Shown here piece by piece: positions 13,585 through 26,769 of a stretch of 64,000 bases of DNA (its first letter is position 1; each line of letters begins with the position of its first letter). Source of the DNA: Chiloscyllium plagiosum (lineage: Eukaryota). The notes below the pieces were generated by a model, which saw nothing but the letters and a program-made list of their open reading frames with translations, was not told where the DNA came from and did no database searches. The DNA lies in assembly GCF_004010195.1 (NCBI RefSeq), contig NW_025215335.1:1-64000 (forward strand). Reading direction: 5' to 3'. Made by a program: the position numbers and the translations under genes.

Positions 13585-13920
13585 GTGAGGCAATGGCCTA
13601 GTGGTATTATCATTAGACTATTAATTCAGATGCTCTGATAATGTTCTGGGGATCTGGATTCCAATCCCACCTGGCATGTGATGGAACTTGAATTCAATAA
13701 AAATCTGGAATTAAGAAACTATTGATGACCATGACCGTTGTTGATTGTCAGGAAAACCCATTTGATTCACTGTGTTCTCTAGGTAAGGAAACTGCCATCC
13801 TTACCTGGTCTGGCCTACATGTGACTCCAGACCTACAGCAATGAATCTGAACTGCCCTGTAGGCAATTAGGAATGGACAATAATTGCTGGCATTCTGTGA
13901 ATGAATAAAAAAGAAAAAAA
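13585..13920 (+). mobile_element. Second tRNA-derived SINE family
   Basis: A-box-like TGGCCTAGTGG and B-box-like GGATTCCAATCCC; body shared with 33885-34240; A-rich end. Confidence 0.7.
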
Positions 13921-14497
13921 TCTACTACTGTTTATAGAAGACAGTTCCAAGCATCTGCCATCTTTCATGTGAAGAAGTGTTTCCCAGCATCTCCCCTGAA
14001 CAATCTGACCCTAATTCTCAGCCTATGCCCCATGAGTTCTAGAATTCCTAATTGGTGGAAATAGATTATCTTTCATTATCCTGTCTTTTCCTGTTAATAT
14101 CTTTACTTCAATCAGGTCACCCCTTAACCTTCTAAATTTTAGAGAAAATGTGCCTAATTTTCATAATGTCTCATCAAACTTAACCGAAGTAGAGGTATCA
14201 TTGTTATAAATCATTGCACTCCTAAGTGTGGTGCTCAGATCTGCACCGTATACTCTAAGTGGGTTCTAACCAGGATTTTGTACTAGACATAGTATAAATT
14301 CTGCATCCTTGTATTCCACTCCTTTGGATATAAAGGCCTTTAGCTTTCTCCATTATTTTCTATTGTGACATTTTAAAAACATCTCTGTGCACCTAATCCT
14401 GAGTTTCGTTGGACACCCACTGAATTTAACTTAATGCCATCTAGAAAGTGCCTTGCCGATCCTTTATTGGTCCAAAATGCCCCTCTTGCCTATATTG

Positions 14498-14605
14498 AAA
14501 CAAAAACAGAAAGTGCTGGAAATGTTCAGCGGGTGTGGTAACATCTGTGAAGAGAAATCCGTTAACATTTCAGGTCAAGTGACCCTTCCTCAGAACTGAT
14601 TTTTA
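14498..14605 (-). mobile_element. PLE-terminus element, second family (GGGTC/GACC stem II)
   Basis: The reverse complement has GTT-CTGAGGA-A-GGGTC(actt)GACCT-GAAAT-GTT/AAC; TSD TTGCCTATATTG at 14486-14497 and 14606-14617. Confidence 0.7.
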
Positions 14606-14976
14606 TTGCCTATATTGGACTTCATTTGCCCATTTAGTCTGTATCTTTGTAATTTTCTGCTATCATTTACACTGTCTACAATGCAACCCAACTTTGTGTT
14701 ATCAAATTTTGATATGATTTCCTATGCTATCACCATGTCATTAATACATAATATAAATAAATCAATGAGTCCCTAACTGGTCCTTGTGAAACATCACTGG
14801 TCACATCTTGCCGATTTGAGCACCTACCCATTATCTTGGGGGGGGTTTAAACTAACTCGGCAGGGGCATGGGAACCCAGATTGTAGCTTCAGGGTGCAGG
14901 GATCTCTACTTTGTTATCAGCGACTCAACCAATTTCCCAGCCATGTCAGTAATTTGCACTCATTTCTGTGGGCTGC

Positions 14977-15347
14977 TTAGATTAGATATTAGATTAGATT
15001 AGATTCCCTACAGTGTGGAAACAGGCCCTTCGGCACAACAAGGGGCTGCTTAGATTAGATATTAGATTAGATTAGATTCCCTACAGTGTGGAAACAGGCC
15101 CTTCGGCACAAGTCCACACCGACCCTCTGAAGAGTTACCCACCCAGACCCATTTCCTTCTGACTAATGCACCTAACACTGAGCAATTTAGCATGGCCAGT
15201 TCACCTAACCTGCACATCTTTGGACAGTGGGAGGAAACCCACGCAGACATGGGGAGAATATGCAAACTCAACACAGTTGCCCAAGGCTGGAATCGAGCCT
15301 GGGACCTTGGTGCTGTGAGGCAGCAGTGCTAACCACTGAGCTGCCCT
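14977..15347 (-). mobile_element. HE1-type V-SINE with a duplicated tail
   Basis: (ttaga)n tail present twice; V-domain and head on the minus strand. Confidence 0.85.
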
Positions 15348-17577
15348 ACCTTGATTCAGAGTTTCTTATGAGGAATTTTATTGGGTGCCTTCTGGAAGTT
15401 CATATAAACGACAACATCCACAGATATTCCCTTGGCTATTACCTTAGGTCTCTCTTCAAAAAAAATTCAACGAGATGTATCAGATATGACTTGCCTGTCA
15501 TGAATCTATGCTGGCTTTCTCTAATGGCAAATTTTAAAGGTTTTTGGTTACTCCATCTTTGATTACAGAATCCAGTATTTACCCTATCACCGATGTTAGG
15601 CTAACTGGTCTGTAATTCCTTAGCTTCCCCTTACCCCTTTTTTTAAAAAGCTGAGTGATGTGCAATTTTCCAATCCAGAGACTGATTCCTGTCCCTAGAG
15701 AACGCTGAAAGATTATATAGATATGGTATCTACAATGTGCTCCCCTACTTTCTTTAACACCCAGATGGAAACTGCCACATCCCAGAGATTTGCACTCTTT
15801 ACTGCCATTGATTTCCTCAGAACTGATGTTTTATTTTAATTTCTTTTAGTCCCTGACCTTGATCCACTGTTAGTTTCTTCAGGACTTTCAGCATGCTGCC
15901 CTCCTTTTCTAATGAAAATACTGAGGCAAAGTAATTATTAAACATGTTTGCCATTTCTCCATGCTACTGACAATATCCCACCTTTCTTCTGAGTACCTGC
16001 TTTCCCTTTGGATGGTGAAATTTCATCTCGTTGATTTTGTTGTCCCTAGCAAGTTTCCTTTCAGAATCCCTTTTAGCACCTCTTTAAGCTGCTTTGGAGC
16101 TCTTTCCTGGTCTTTGTACCTTTTGAGATTTTTGAGAGGAGGAGATGGGGGGTCTAAATTAGTGGGATCCAAAATCTCCCTTTCCTAAGGTCAGGTTGAA
16201 TTACTGAGATAAAGCAGTGGATAGTAGGCCAGCAGTGGAGCGGTCAACACAGTCAGCAGGAACTATTAATCATTCATTTATATTCTATGAAGGTATCATT
16301 TGAAAGCGTCTGATTTAAGTTAAATGCCTCACTCAGATGTTAATTGATGTGCTTATAATGCTGAATTTGCTGACCAACAGTAGTTTGAGTTCAGTTCAGA
16401 ATCATGGGGTTTATTTCTGAAGCGCAATTTCATGTTAGCAGAAGGTCTGTTCATTTGTGAAGCGTTAAAGGTGTTTCAGCAGTCCAGGTTGTGAGGGTTT
16501 GTCTAGAAGATTTCAAGCACTCAGAACTGAAAGGAGTCTCTCAATCACCAAAACTGGAGAGAATAAGTTAAGTCAAAAATTGAAGCGTTAGGATGGGAGT
16601 GATACTGCATTAGGGTTGAGAATCTGTAAAGAATATTGTGGGGAATATGAATGAATCTCTTCTGCTTATTGAAAAAAATCTTTCTAACCCCGTGTCCTGT
16701 TGCTCCTTTTTATGGAATTAAATTGCATTATTCTGCTTTGCGCAGGCAAATAAAGTGACTTACTGTTGTCGGGATCTTTTAAATTATAGATTATTATTTT
16801 CTGTTATTCCTGAAACACATGTGAAATTACCGTACAGTTTTGCTTATGCTGAAAAGTGCCTAAACATTCCTTCTTAACCTTTTCAAACTGAACCAGTTCT
16901 GAAAAAATGTTTAGAATTGAAAAGTTAACTATTGTTTCCCTTTCCACAGATTGCTACTAGACCTACTGAGTTTCTCTGTACTTTGTTTTTATTTCAGATC
17001 TCTAGCATTTTGCTTTTATGCAATCGTTACATGTTCATCCACGAATAAGTAATTATTTACACACCACATTTGATAAACCGACGTACTGGAATGTATGCAG
17101 TTTGAACAGTCTAAAAATAAAATGCTTGTTAGTTTTTATTTGATACAATGTTCAGTAATGCAGATGCTTAGAATGATACTTTATCATGAAAATTTATAAG
17201 TAACATGCAGGTTCCAGCAAGATTTGCAGCTGACTAGATTTTTGACATGGAGTTACCAGTGTAGTGTAAGAAATATGTCGGTCAACTTGCATTCGTTAAG
17301 GCCCTGCAAACAATAATTAAACAAATGATCAAATAATCTGTTTTGTTCAAATTTATTTTGGGTGCGAGCATAATGGAGGTGAGATGCTATCACTGAGCTA
17401 AGGCTGATTCCGGAAATTCAAGGAAGGAACCTTCAGGAATATGACTCCCTCCCAAAACTTGATCTTGCTTTTGCTTGATGGTCTTTTTGTTGTGATAGAT
17501 GAGAAGTTGTGCATATTAAAATTTAACTTAGTGGCATTTCTTACCCAATATTAAGACTTTTATTTTGTTTCATACAG

Positions 17578-17664
17578 CATCAGCAGAGAAAGAAGCCATC
17601 AAAAACAAGTACACAAAGCTACTAGATGCATATGGTCTTCTCGGAGTTTTGAGGTTGAACCTTG
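17578..17664 (+). CDS. SYNJ1: SYNJ1 coding exon (87 nt): [28 protein letters not shown]
   Basis: tttcatacag| acceptor, |gtaagt donor; phase 1/1. Confidence 0.95.
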
Positions 17665-17744
17665 GTAAGTGAAGGAATGTTGATTAAATGTACAAATATA
17701 ATTATGAATAATTTCAATATTAGTAATTTTTAATAGATATAAAA

Positions 17745-18515
17745 ACCATGTTCCACAGAGACCATTCCATCTGTGACTCCTTTGTCAGATCCACACTCCC
17801 CACCAACCCCATTTCTGCACCAGGGGGCACCTTCCCCTGCCACAGGATGTGTGAAACCTGCAACCACCCCTCCCCCCTCACCTCCATCCAAGGCCCCAAA
17901 GGATCATTCCAAATCTGGCTAAGATTTACTTGTATATCCTCGAACATTGTTTACTGCATCCATTGCTGTCTGTGGTCTCCTCTACATTGGAGAGACTGAG
18001 TACAAACTTGTGGAATGGTTCAGGGGACATCTCTGGTCTATACGCACCAACCAACTCCACTTTCCAGTGGCCATCCATTTCACCTCCCCTGATGACCCAT
18101 CCAGTCTGGGTCTCCTTCATTGCAAACTGGATGAAGAATACTTCATCTTCCACTGCAGGAGCCTACAACCACACAGCCTCAACATTGTACACTGGTTTCC
18201 AAGTCTTCACTAGCATCCCCCCGCCCGCCTCAAGCAAAAACCTCTCTTGACTTGATTTACCGGTCCATCTTCCTTCCCACCTATCCGGTCCACACTTCCC
18301 ACTGACCGATCACAATCACCTCCTACCTTTTGCCCACCTATCGTCTCCCACCTACCTTTGCCCTAGCCCCATTCTCTTCCCAGTCTTGATCCAGGATTAT
18401 ACCTGAAATGTTGACTCTCTTGTTCCTCAGACGCTGCCTGACCTGCTTTTCCAGTGACACACTTTATTTACTTTGACTCTGACTCTCCAGCATCTGCAAT
18501 CGTCACTATCTCCTA
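17745..18515 (+). mobile_element. PLE (Neptune-like) 3' fragment: Cys-rich linker, GIY-YIG endonuclease remnant and terminus
   Basis: Frameshifted peptides GTFPCHRMCETC, FTCISSNIVYCIHC, CGLLYIGET, PVAIHF and KLDEEYFIFH; ends in the gctgcctgacctgc...ctccagcatctgca terminus. Confidence 0.8.
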
Positions 18516-19819
18516 ACCCTATTTCTCATCAATAATATGTTGAAGCATTTTTGTCTTATAGTACTTTGCTGCTTGTCATTGATGTGCAACTATCCTTAAT
18601 CTGAGGATTTGGGTTGAGTTTTACTTTAATGTCAATGCTTCTTGAAGGCCTTCAGCTAAATTCCCTATTGATATAATGCTTTTGCAAATGTTTGAATTTA
18701 AATTGAATGATTCAAAGCATCGTCTTTTTTTTTGGGAAAGACTATCCTTAAAACTTTTCATTTCATTTTTCATTATTTTTCTCCTCTGCTGAAGGGATTA
18801 ACCTCTTGCTGTGAGGCAGTATGCTTCCATTGGCACCAAGCCAAGTATCTTGTTAAAGTGACTGCTATTTGCACAGAACTTGGATACTGGCAGATTACGT
18901 GGCATTGCTGCAAGAATCATTCCATCCTCACTGAATTTTTCCTTGAATATTTTTAACATGGGGGCACTAAAGAGAAATCAGGAACATGTGTTAATTTTCT
19001 TTTTTATTATTATGTGGCCTATCCATAATTGCCCTTAAAGAGCTTCTGCCTTGAACTGCTGCAGTGCAACTGATATAAGTGATTTGCTAGGCCCCTTGAA
19101 AGGACAGTTTATAGTTAGCCACATTTCTATGCATCTGGAGTGTGATGTATGCCAGGCATCTAAAAATACAAATTAGGAGTAGAAGCAAGCCATTCAGTCT
19201 TAAGCCTGCTCCGTCATTCAGTACATTTGTGCCTGAACTGTTAGTGTTTTGAACTCCATGTACTATCTACCCTCGAATAAAGGTAGATTCTTGTTAGGTA
19301 AGGAAATCAATCTATCTCTGTCTCAAATGTATTAAATGATCCTCACCTTGAGGCAGTGTGTCTGAATTCTCTCAACCCTGAGAAATAACTTTTCCTAATC
19401 TCTGTCCTAAAGGGCAGCTCCTGCGATAGGGTTAGGGAAGTTACACATGGAACCACCTTTCCAAGTCTACCTTGTTAAGACCATTAAAGATCTTATAAGT
19501 GTCAATTAACTCACTCCTTTTTCTTAATTTCAGTGGAAAGAAACCCAGACTATGCAAGGCTGGGAGATCTCCTTGTCTAAAGAGTACTTGTGAACCAGAT
19601 GGAGTGTTATAGTAACTGATAACTTCATTGCACCATTATAGAAACTTGACTTCAATTCCATATTTCATTAATTGAATTTGAATTCCCTCAGCTGACATGG
19701 TTGTCTGCTGACATTCCCCTGGGCTTCTCGGCAATTTGTCTAATGACGATACCACTGTGCTGCAATCTCACTCTTTAATGTAGAGGAGCTATGGTTAACA
19801 ACAGCATCTCAAACAAAGG

Positions 19820-20500
19820 CAAATCAAGCCATTACCCATGATATTCAAACACATTCCTATTGCTGAATTCCCCCCATCAACGTTCTGCTGGGTACCATTG
19901 AGCAGAATCTGAACTGGACCAGCCACACAGTAGCTACAAGAGCGAGTCAGAGGCTAGGAATCCTGCTGTGAGTAACTTGATGCCTAATTCCCCAAAGCCT
20001 GTGCATCATTGTCAGACCAAAACTAAGGGCTGTGACTGAATACTTGCTGAATGAGAGCAGCATCAATATTGAAGAAACTTGACACTATTCAGGATAAGAG
20101 TCTGCTTAATTGGCACTATGTCCTCAAACATTTTTCTCCATCACCACTGATACACTTTGCTACAATGCATCATTTAGAAGATGCACTGCATAAATTCACC
20201 AAGGCTGCTTAGACAGCACCCTCTAAACCCACAACCATTGCCACCTGGAAGGACAAGGCCAGTTGATGCACCACTATTTGAGGTGTTCTCTCCAAGTTAT
20301 CATGACTTGGAACTGTGTTGGTGCACTTTCACTATTGTTGAGTCAAAGTGCTGAAACTTCCTTCCTGACAGCAGTGTGACTGCCCCAAATAGACTACAGC
20401 GGTCAAGAAGACAGCTCACTACCACCTTTTCAAGGACTAGTAAGGATGAGTAATAAATGCTGGCCCAGCCAGTGAAACCCACATCTTCCAAATGATTTTT
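19820..20500 (+). mobile_element. CR1/L2-group LINE 3' fragment (related copies at about 440-800, 27550-27795 plus 28445-28690, and 34350-37050)
   Basis: Shared blocks aagatgcactgca..aattcacc, agacagcacc and accacctt.tcaag...taataaatgctggcc. Confidence 0.6.
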
Positions 20501-20853
20501 TTAAAAACATGGACTTAATAGTATCTCAGCCTCCAGTTATGACTTTTATTCCATTTAACGTACTGTCATGCCTAAATAAAATAGTTAATGTTGAATTTCA
20601 GTCCCTTTTTTCTAATTATTTCATCTCAACTGCTGCATTAATGTTTTCAGAATAGATTTAAAATAGTACTCTTTTACTATTTTACAGACAAGCAAACCTT
20701 CAAAATAAATTTTAATCTAATTAATGTGCACCTAGGACAGTGTTCCTAACAGTTGAACTAAGTTTGGAATCACATATTACAACTGAAATACAAATGTCTA
20801 ATTGCACCACTTTACAACCTCAACAAAACGTTTAGTGCAGTTTTTTTTTCCAG

Positions 20854-21121
20854 GTGACAACATGTTGCATTACCTTGTGCTGGTGACTGGCTGTATGTCA
20901 GTGGGAAAGATACAAGATTCTGAAGTCTTCAGAGTCACCTCTACTGAATTTATTTCTCTTCAAAATGAGCCTTCAGATGAGGAACGTATCTCTGAAGTAA
21001 GGAAGGTGTTGAATTCTGGAAGCTTCTATTTTGCTTGGTCTTCCAGTGGTGTCAGTCTAGACTTGAGCCTGAATGCCCATCGTAGAATGCAAGAGCATAC
21101 AACAGATAACCGTTTTTTTTG
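20854..21121 (+). CDS. SYNJ1: SYNJ1 coding exon (268 nt): [14 protein letters not shown]...TTDNRFFW, Sac1 domain
   Basis: ttttttccag| acceptor, |gtgagt donor; matches ORF 20802..21125. Confidence 0.96.
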
Positions 21122-21255
21122 GTGAGTTGAAGGTTGCTTTAATGCTTGGGTTGGAAACAATGCATCATTAGAGATTGGTTATAATATTTTTGATGCAGTG
21201 TTCTTTCATTTAAAAATGTAGGAATCATAAGATACATTGTTTACTAAATTCGCAT

Positions 21256-21470
21256 TAGAGTCATAGAGATGTACAGCATGGAAACAGACCCTTCAGTCTA
21301 ACCCATCCATGCTGACCAGATATCCCAACCCAATCTAGTCCCATCTGCCAGCACCTCGCTCATATCCCTCCAAACCCTTTCTATTCATATACCCATCCAA
21401 ATGACTCTTAAATGTTGCAATTGTACCAGCCTCCACCACATCCTCTGGCAGTTCATTCTGTACATGTACC
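21256..21470 (-). mobile_element. CR1/HER1-like 3' end
   Basis: Reverse complement of about 49700-49905. Confidence 0.8.
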
Positions 21471-21690
21471 ATGACAAATTCAGGTCCCAGCTTTTTTGGA
21501 ACCTAAACTTTTAAAGACTTGTATATCCAGGGCATGCAAGTCAAATTTTTTAGTAGTGTGAATCTTAAGTCTTCCAAATGACCAGAAAGCTGTATAAATT
21601 ACTTTGCCATAAGTAAAATGTAGTTATGTTTTAAAATAGCTTCTTAGACTTTAGTTATCTGAAGTTTTGATTTAGAAATGCGAATACTGA

Positions 21691-21957
<267 letters not shown>

Positions 21958-22079
21958 TGAGTCAGTCTATTGTTTAAACCATCCTCATTTGATTCATATT
22001 ACTAGTAACCGGTTAATGAGAGTTACACAGCAACAAAGAAATTAAATTTTTAACATTATTAGTCATAACCCAAATGTTT

Positions 22080-23350
22080 TTTTGATTTTGGAGAGCTAAT
22101 CCTCAAAACAATCTGCGTAAAAACCCTATAACGAATGAATTCAGTAACTGACAGGACCTTTTGTATACCTTGAAGATCAAATCAGCCCTCACTCATACTA
22201 ACAAAGGCTCCAACAGGAATCCATCCTCATGCTACCCTTCTTCAACATAAAAACTAGTGACCTTCCTCTCTGAGTTGCAACTCTGTGCTTGCTGATGACT
22301 TAGCTGTGACATTCCAGGCTAAAGAAATTAAGGGTATTGAGAGAAAACTCACTGAGGATCTGTGTTCTGGATACCTACTTCAGAAAGTAGACTAAGCATT
22401 GTCGAGACTTGTTTCAGCATTCCATCTGAACAGTTTGAAGGTCAGTGAAAAACGTCATGTCCAGTTTTGTAACTGACCACTTGTGCAAGACCTAAAGTCA
22501 GCATATTTTGACAAAAATTTTGATCATGTATTTACCTGTTGGCAATACCTCCAAGACACTGAAGTCAAGATGAAGATGCACATTAATTTTATGTACACTG
22601 GTGGGTAACATTTTGGAACAGTAGAGCCAACACACTACTTCAGTAGCGCTGGGTCTACCAAAAGCAGCGTACCAGTATTTAACTTAGCCCAGGAACTACC
22701 ACAAAAATGTGGTAGATGTTCGTTTCAGGAAGGTGAAGTGGATTATTTCAGGGATGTTGAGACCAGTGTGGCTGTATTAGCTTCCTGTGCTAACACATTC
22801 AACTTCCTATGTCTATTCCTATTCCTATTGGTGCAATATCTTAAAAGCAACCAAAACACTGATTTGAAATCGTGCAATTTCCTACTGAAATCACTTCACA
22901 TCCTATAGTATAATAGTGAGGACTGCAGATGCTGGAAAGTCAGTCAAAAGATGTGGTGCTGGAATAGCAAAGTGGGTCAGGCAGCATCCGAGGAGCAGGA
23001 GAGTTGATGTTTTGGGCATAAACCCTTCAGGAATTCTTAGATTAATGACAGCCTAACTGTTGATAGTGATTGGGATCTGATCTGATTGGGAGCAGATATA
23101 ATAAACTGCAAGTTGGTAACTGACTCAAGTGGTGAAGTTGCAGAGTTTGACTTCCCACAGAAAATCTGAACTACCTTCAACAAGTTGAGGATGTACCAAG
23201 GAAGATGTGGCCTGTCAGTCCACAAGTGAAATATAAAGAACAATTAAATTGGACCATCATCTAAAAGGTGACCTTCTGCCCTGAGAGATCCATTCTTGAT
23301 GGCATTGCAACCATTCACGGTGTGTCAGCTGAAGCGATTGAGTGAATTAT
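22080..23350 (+). mobile_element. Highly decayed Ingi/Vingi-like LINE, interrupted by a PLE terminus
   Basis: Frameshifted remnants ADDLAV, LTEDL, VSAFHLN, RANTL, VALGL, VVDV..IISG..LPVL and FDFPQKI*TTFNKLR..QGRC...HK. Confidence 0.5.
22916..23035 (-). mobile_element. PLE-terminus insertion
   Basis: agtgaggactgcagatgctgg...gtcaggcagcatccgaggagcagg...gggcataaacccttcaggaat, same family as 42357. Confidence 0.75.
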
Positions 23351-24819
23351 TGAACTCCAGTATCGTTAGGGATAAAGAAATCAAAATCTGTTTTGTGAAA
23401 ATGGTTGGATATCTAAAGCTGGAATCTGAAGAAAGAAATGGTACTGATGTCGTGTTTACCATCACCACTGGATGTCTGTGGTTTACAGACAATAAAGTAC
23501 TTTGACAATACTTCAGAATGTTTCAGTGTAGGAACTTAAAAGTCAGAAGTAAAATTAAAAATGGCCATGTCCCTCCTATGATTTTAGTGCTGTTTATGTT
23601 GTGACCATTTACCTCCTTTAATACTATGAGCTATTTTCTTTCCAGTGCTAATACTATAGGAATGAAACTAATGAGCTTGTTAACACCCCCTCCCCCGCTA
23701 CCATCATCAGTATTCATCCCTTCTCCCTTTTCCTTGCATGGCAAAAGTGCTAAATATATTTTCAACGAAATCATTACAAATAATAATATTATAGGAGGAA
23801 TATGATTGTACTGGAGAGGGGGCAGAGGAGATTTGTCAGAATGTTACCTAGGGTAGTGTTTAGTTCTGAAGAGAGATTGGATAGACAGAGGTTGTTTTCC
23901 TTAGAGCAGAGGAGACAAAGCAGGGACATAATTAACATTAGAGTGCAGACAGTAAGAAACTTTTCTTTGTAATAGAGGGATCAATGAGTTTAAGCTAGGG
24001 ATCAGAAAGTTTAGTGGAGATGTGAAAAACACTTTTTTTCACCCAGAAGCTGGTGAGAATCTGGAACTTACTGCATATAGGATAAATGAAGTAGAAACCT
24101 TCATTGTATTTAAGAAATATTAATATATGCACTTGTATGCAAGGCTATGGACCAAGTGCTGGAAAGTGGGCTTAGAATTGTTAGGTGCTTGTTTGTAATG
24201 TGGCCTTGATGAGCCAAACAGTTGTTCTGTGTTGTCAACCTTGATGACTGACCCTATTCCCTTCTGCAGTCACATACATTGTCATAACGGTAAAAATACA
24301 ATTTCCTTTTTTGGTATGCAGTTTACAGCACAAACAGGCTGATGTGACCAACTGATTTATGTCATGTCCCACGCAAGCATTTTTTATTTGCAGTCCAGTG
24401 ATTTGGCGTTAGTGTAGTCATGAAAGACATAGTGTAAATGCAAGTCTCTTTCTTTATTCAACCTTTCACTGTGTTGATTCTTTGGAGGAAATTGAGCAGA
24501 GTGGGCCCTAGGGTTTAGGAGAATGAGAATATCGAAATAAATCATAAAGTTCTGAGGGGGCTGAAGATGAAAAATATTTGAAGGTTGTGTATCTTTGACA
24601 ACCTTCTGAGAAGATATCAACATCAGCTGCTGAATGTACATTAGATCAGAGGTTGATAGCATTGAAAAATAAAGGAAGTTGGTGATATGGAAAATAGGCA
24701 GACAAATTAAATTATCTATAAGTTATGATGTGTCATGAAATGAAGGAGTAGGTGTGAAATGCCAGGCAGCCCACTCCTATTTCTCATGTCCTACTGTTCT
24801 AATCAGCATAACATTCTGT

Positions 24820-24945
24820 TATGATTTGGAGATGCCGATTTTGGACTGGGGTGTTAAAAGTTTAAAATCACACAGCACCAGGTTATAGTGCTTCCAATTA
24901 AACCTGTTGGACTATAACCTGGTGTTGTGTGATTTTTAAATTTTG
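24820..24945. mobile_element. Fold-back terminus of a third PLE-derived family
   Basis: aaaatcacacagcaccaggttatagt pairs with actataacctggtgttgtgtgatttt; related to 35140-36200. Confidence 0.6.
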
Positions 24946-25386
24946 TTCTGTTTTGTTTAGATTCCCCTTTAAAATGTTTTAATGCTGTTACATTCAAAGG
25001 TTCCTTATGGTAACAATTACCATATTTTGAGCATGCTGTATATTGAGATTGAGGATTCCAATCTCTTCAGGAAGAAAAATGTGTCTTCTGGAATTAGCAG
25101 GATGGACTAATGAGGATATTATGGATTTTTCCCTATTTGGTTCACATTCCGTTTCCAAATTTTTCACTCTTCGTGGCAATGCAGAGAATAACATGCCCCT
25201 GATATCAAGATAGAAGTGGATATGTCTATTGAATGGCATCAAAAACCTGTTTTAATTAAATTAGTTTCTGCATTATTTTCTTCATTGTGCTTGAGGATAA
25301 GACTAAAAGCATTTGAACAATAGTCGGGAATTGTATTTAAACTATTATTCATCTTGATTAGTGATAGAGTACTTATTTTCCCACAG

Positions 25387-25470
25387 GTAATATTCCTAGA
25401 TGATTGTGTGTCGTCCTTTATCCAGATTCGAGGTTCTGTCCCATTGTTCTGGGAACAACCAGGTCTTCAG
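25387..25470 (+). CDS. SYNJ1: SYNJ1 coding exon (84 nt): [28 protein letters not shown]
   Basis: ttttcccacag| acceptor, |gtcagt donor; Sac motif [10 protein letters not shown]. Confidence 0.95.
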
Positions 25471-26210
25471 GTCAGTCTTTTAAAATTATGCAGATTCTTG
25501 TTTTATTTACAGTTTATAATTTTATCAATTTAGATCTTGCATTAAGCTATTGCATCATTTTTTTCTACTAAGATTTTAATTTTCAATATCTGCTTTGATT
25601 ACGATGATAAGTGATGTATTTCATATGAAAAAAGATGTGGGATTGAACCTCTGAAACTTTGGCACTGATTGCTGGAGTGAATAATGATAAACAATTTTAT
25701 TATGGGAAGCACATACAGCAGTTCAATATTACTGCTTATTTTGAGGTATGGTTTGCCCTGAAGAAACCCTCAGCAAACCAGAGACATTTCTAACTGCCCT
25801 ATCTCTATGTAAGTAAGCAATACCCTAGAAGGGGTTAGCAGAGATGCTTTTTAAGAAAACAATAAAGACTAAGTTTTGAAGTATTCATTTGTAAACAACT
25901 GTCACACTTGATGAAAGACTGTTAAAACTTAGCACATTCTGAGGTTAGAGTACTGAGAAAACTTGGACAGTTGATAGCTGGTTTTCAAAGCAAGGGAACT
26001 GGTGATTTTGCGGTCAGCCTTCCCTATATTCAGTCAATAATCTGTTGAAGAAAGTGCTTAACTACTTAGTTGAAGTTGAGTCCCGAAATGCATGTATTTA
26101 TTTCTCTTTTTGAGTTTTCTTTCTTCAATTTTTCCATATGATTTAGTTGTTATCTTTGCATTATTTCAATTTAACCATTGTTCAAATTCTTTTGTGTAAC
26201 TTGTGTATAG

Positions 26211-26272
26211 GTTGGGTCCCATCGTGTGCGAATGTCCAGAGGCTTTGAAGCCAATGCACCTGCTTTTGATAG
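26211..26272 (+). CDS. SYNJ1: SYNJ1 coding exon (62 nt): VGSHRVRMSRGFEANAPAFDR
   Basis: ttgtgtatag| acceptor, |gtatga donor. Confidence 0.95.
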
Positions 26273-26422
26273 GTATGAAATTTGCTTTCAGCAGTGATTG
26301 CTATCATGGAGTTGCAGTAACTTTGTCTTCGTGCAAAAAGTTCCTGATGTTCAAGGTTTATGTTGAAAACTAATCTTACAGGTCTCCATTTCCTGAATAT
26401 AATTTGTTTTGAACTTTTACAG

Positions 26423-26519
26423 ACATTTTAGAACACTGAAAAAGCTATACGGAAAGCAAACTATAATCAATTTGCTAGGAGTAAAAGAAGGAGAGCACAT
26501 GCTCAGTAAAGCATTTCAA
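26423..26519 (+). CDS. SYNJ1: SYNJ1 coding exon (97 nt): [32 protein letters not shown]
   Basis: cttttacag| acceptor, |gtaagt donor. Confidence 0.95.
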
Positions 26520-26769
26520 GTAAGTGACTGTACTTGACTGTTTCTTTATATTTGTTCCTGGGATATGAGAGTCACTAATAAGGCGAGACTTTGTCGTCCG
26601 TCCCTCAGTGCCCTTGAAGGTTGTGGTTCACAAGGATTAGTGACAGACCTGAGTTTGGTGACTGATGAGTAAGGTTAGTCTCTCGTCTCACTTAGTGCCA
26701 GGGTTTTGAATATGAGGGAATTTATTAGATATGTCCAGTGTGGTTTTTTTTTCTTTTGAAACAATATGT

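Noticed and set aside
25381..25392. CAG|GTAATA looks like a recursive or zero-length splice site
   Set aside because: It is explained by the first codons (Val-Ile) of a normal conserved exon, and there is no independent evidence.
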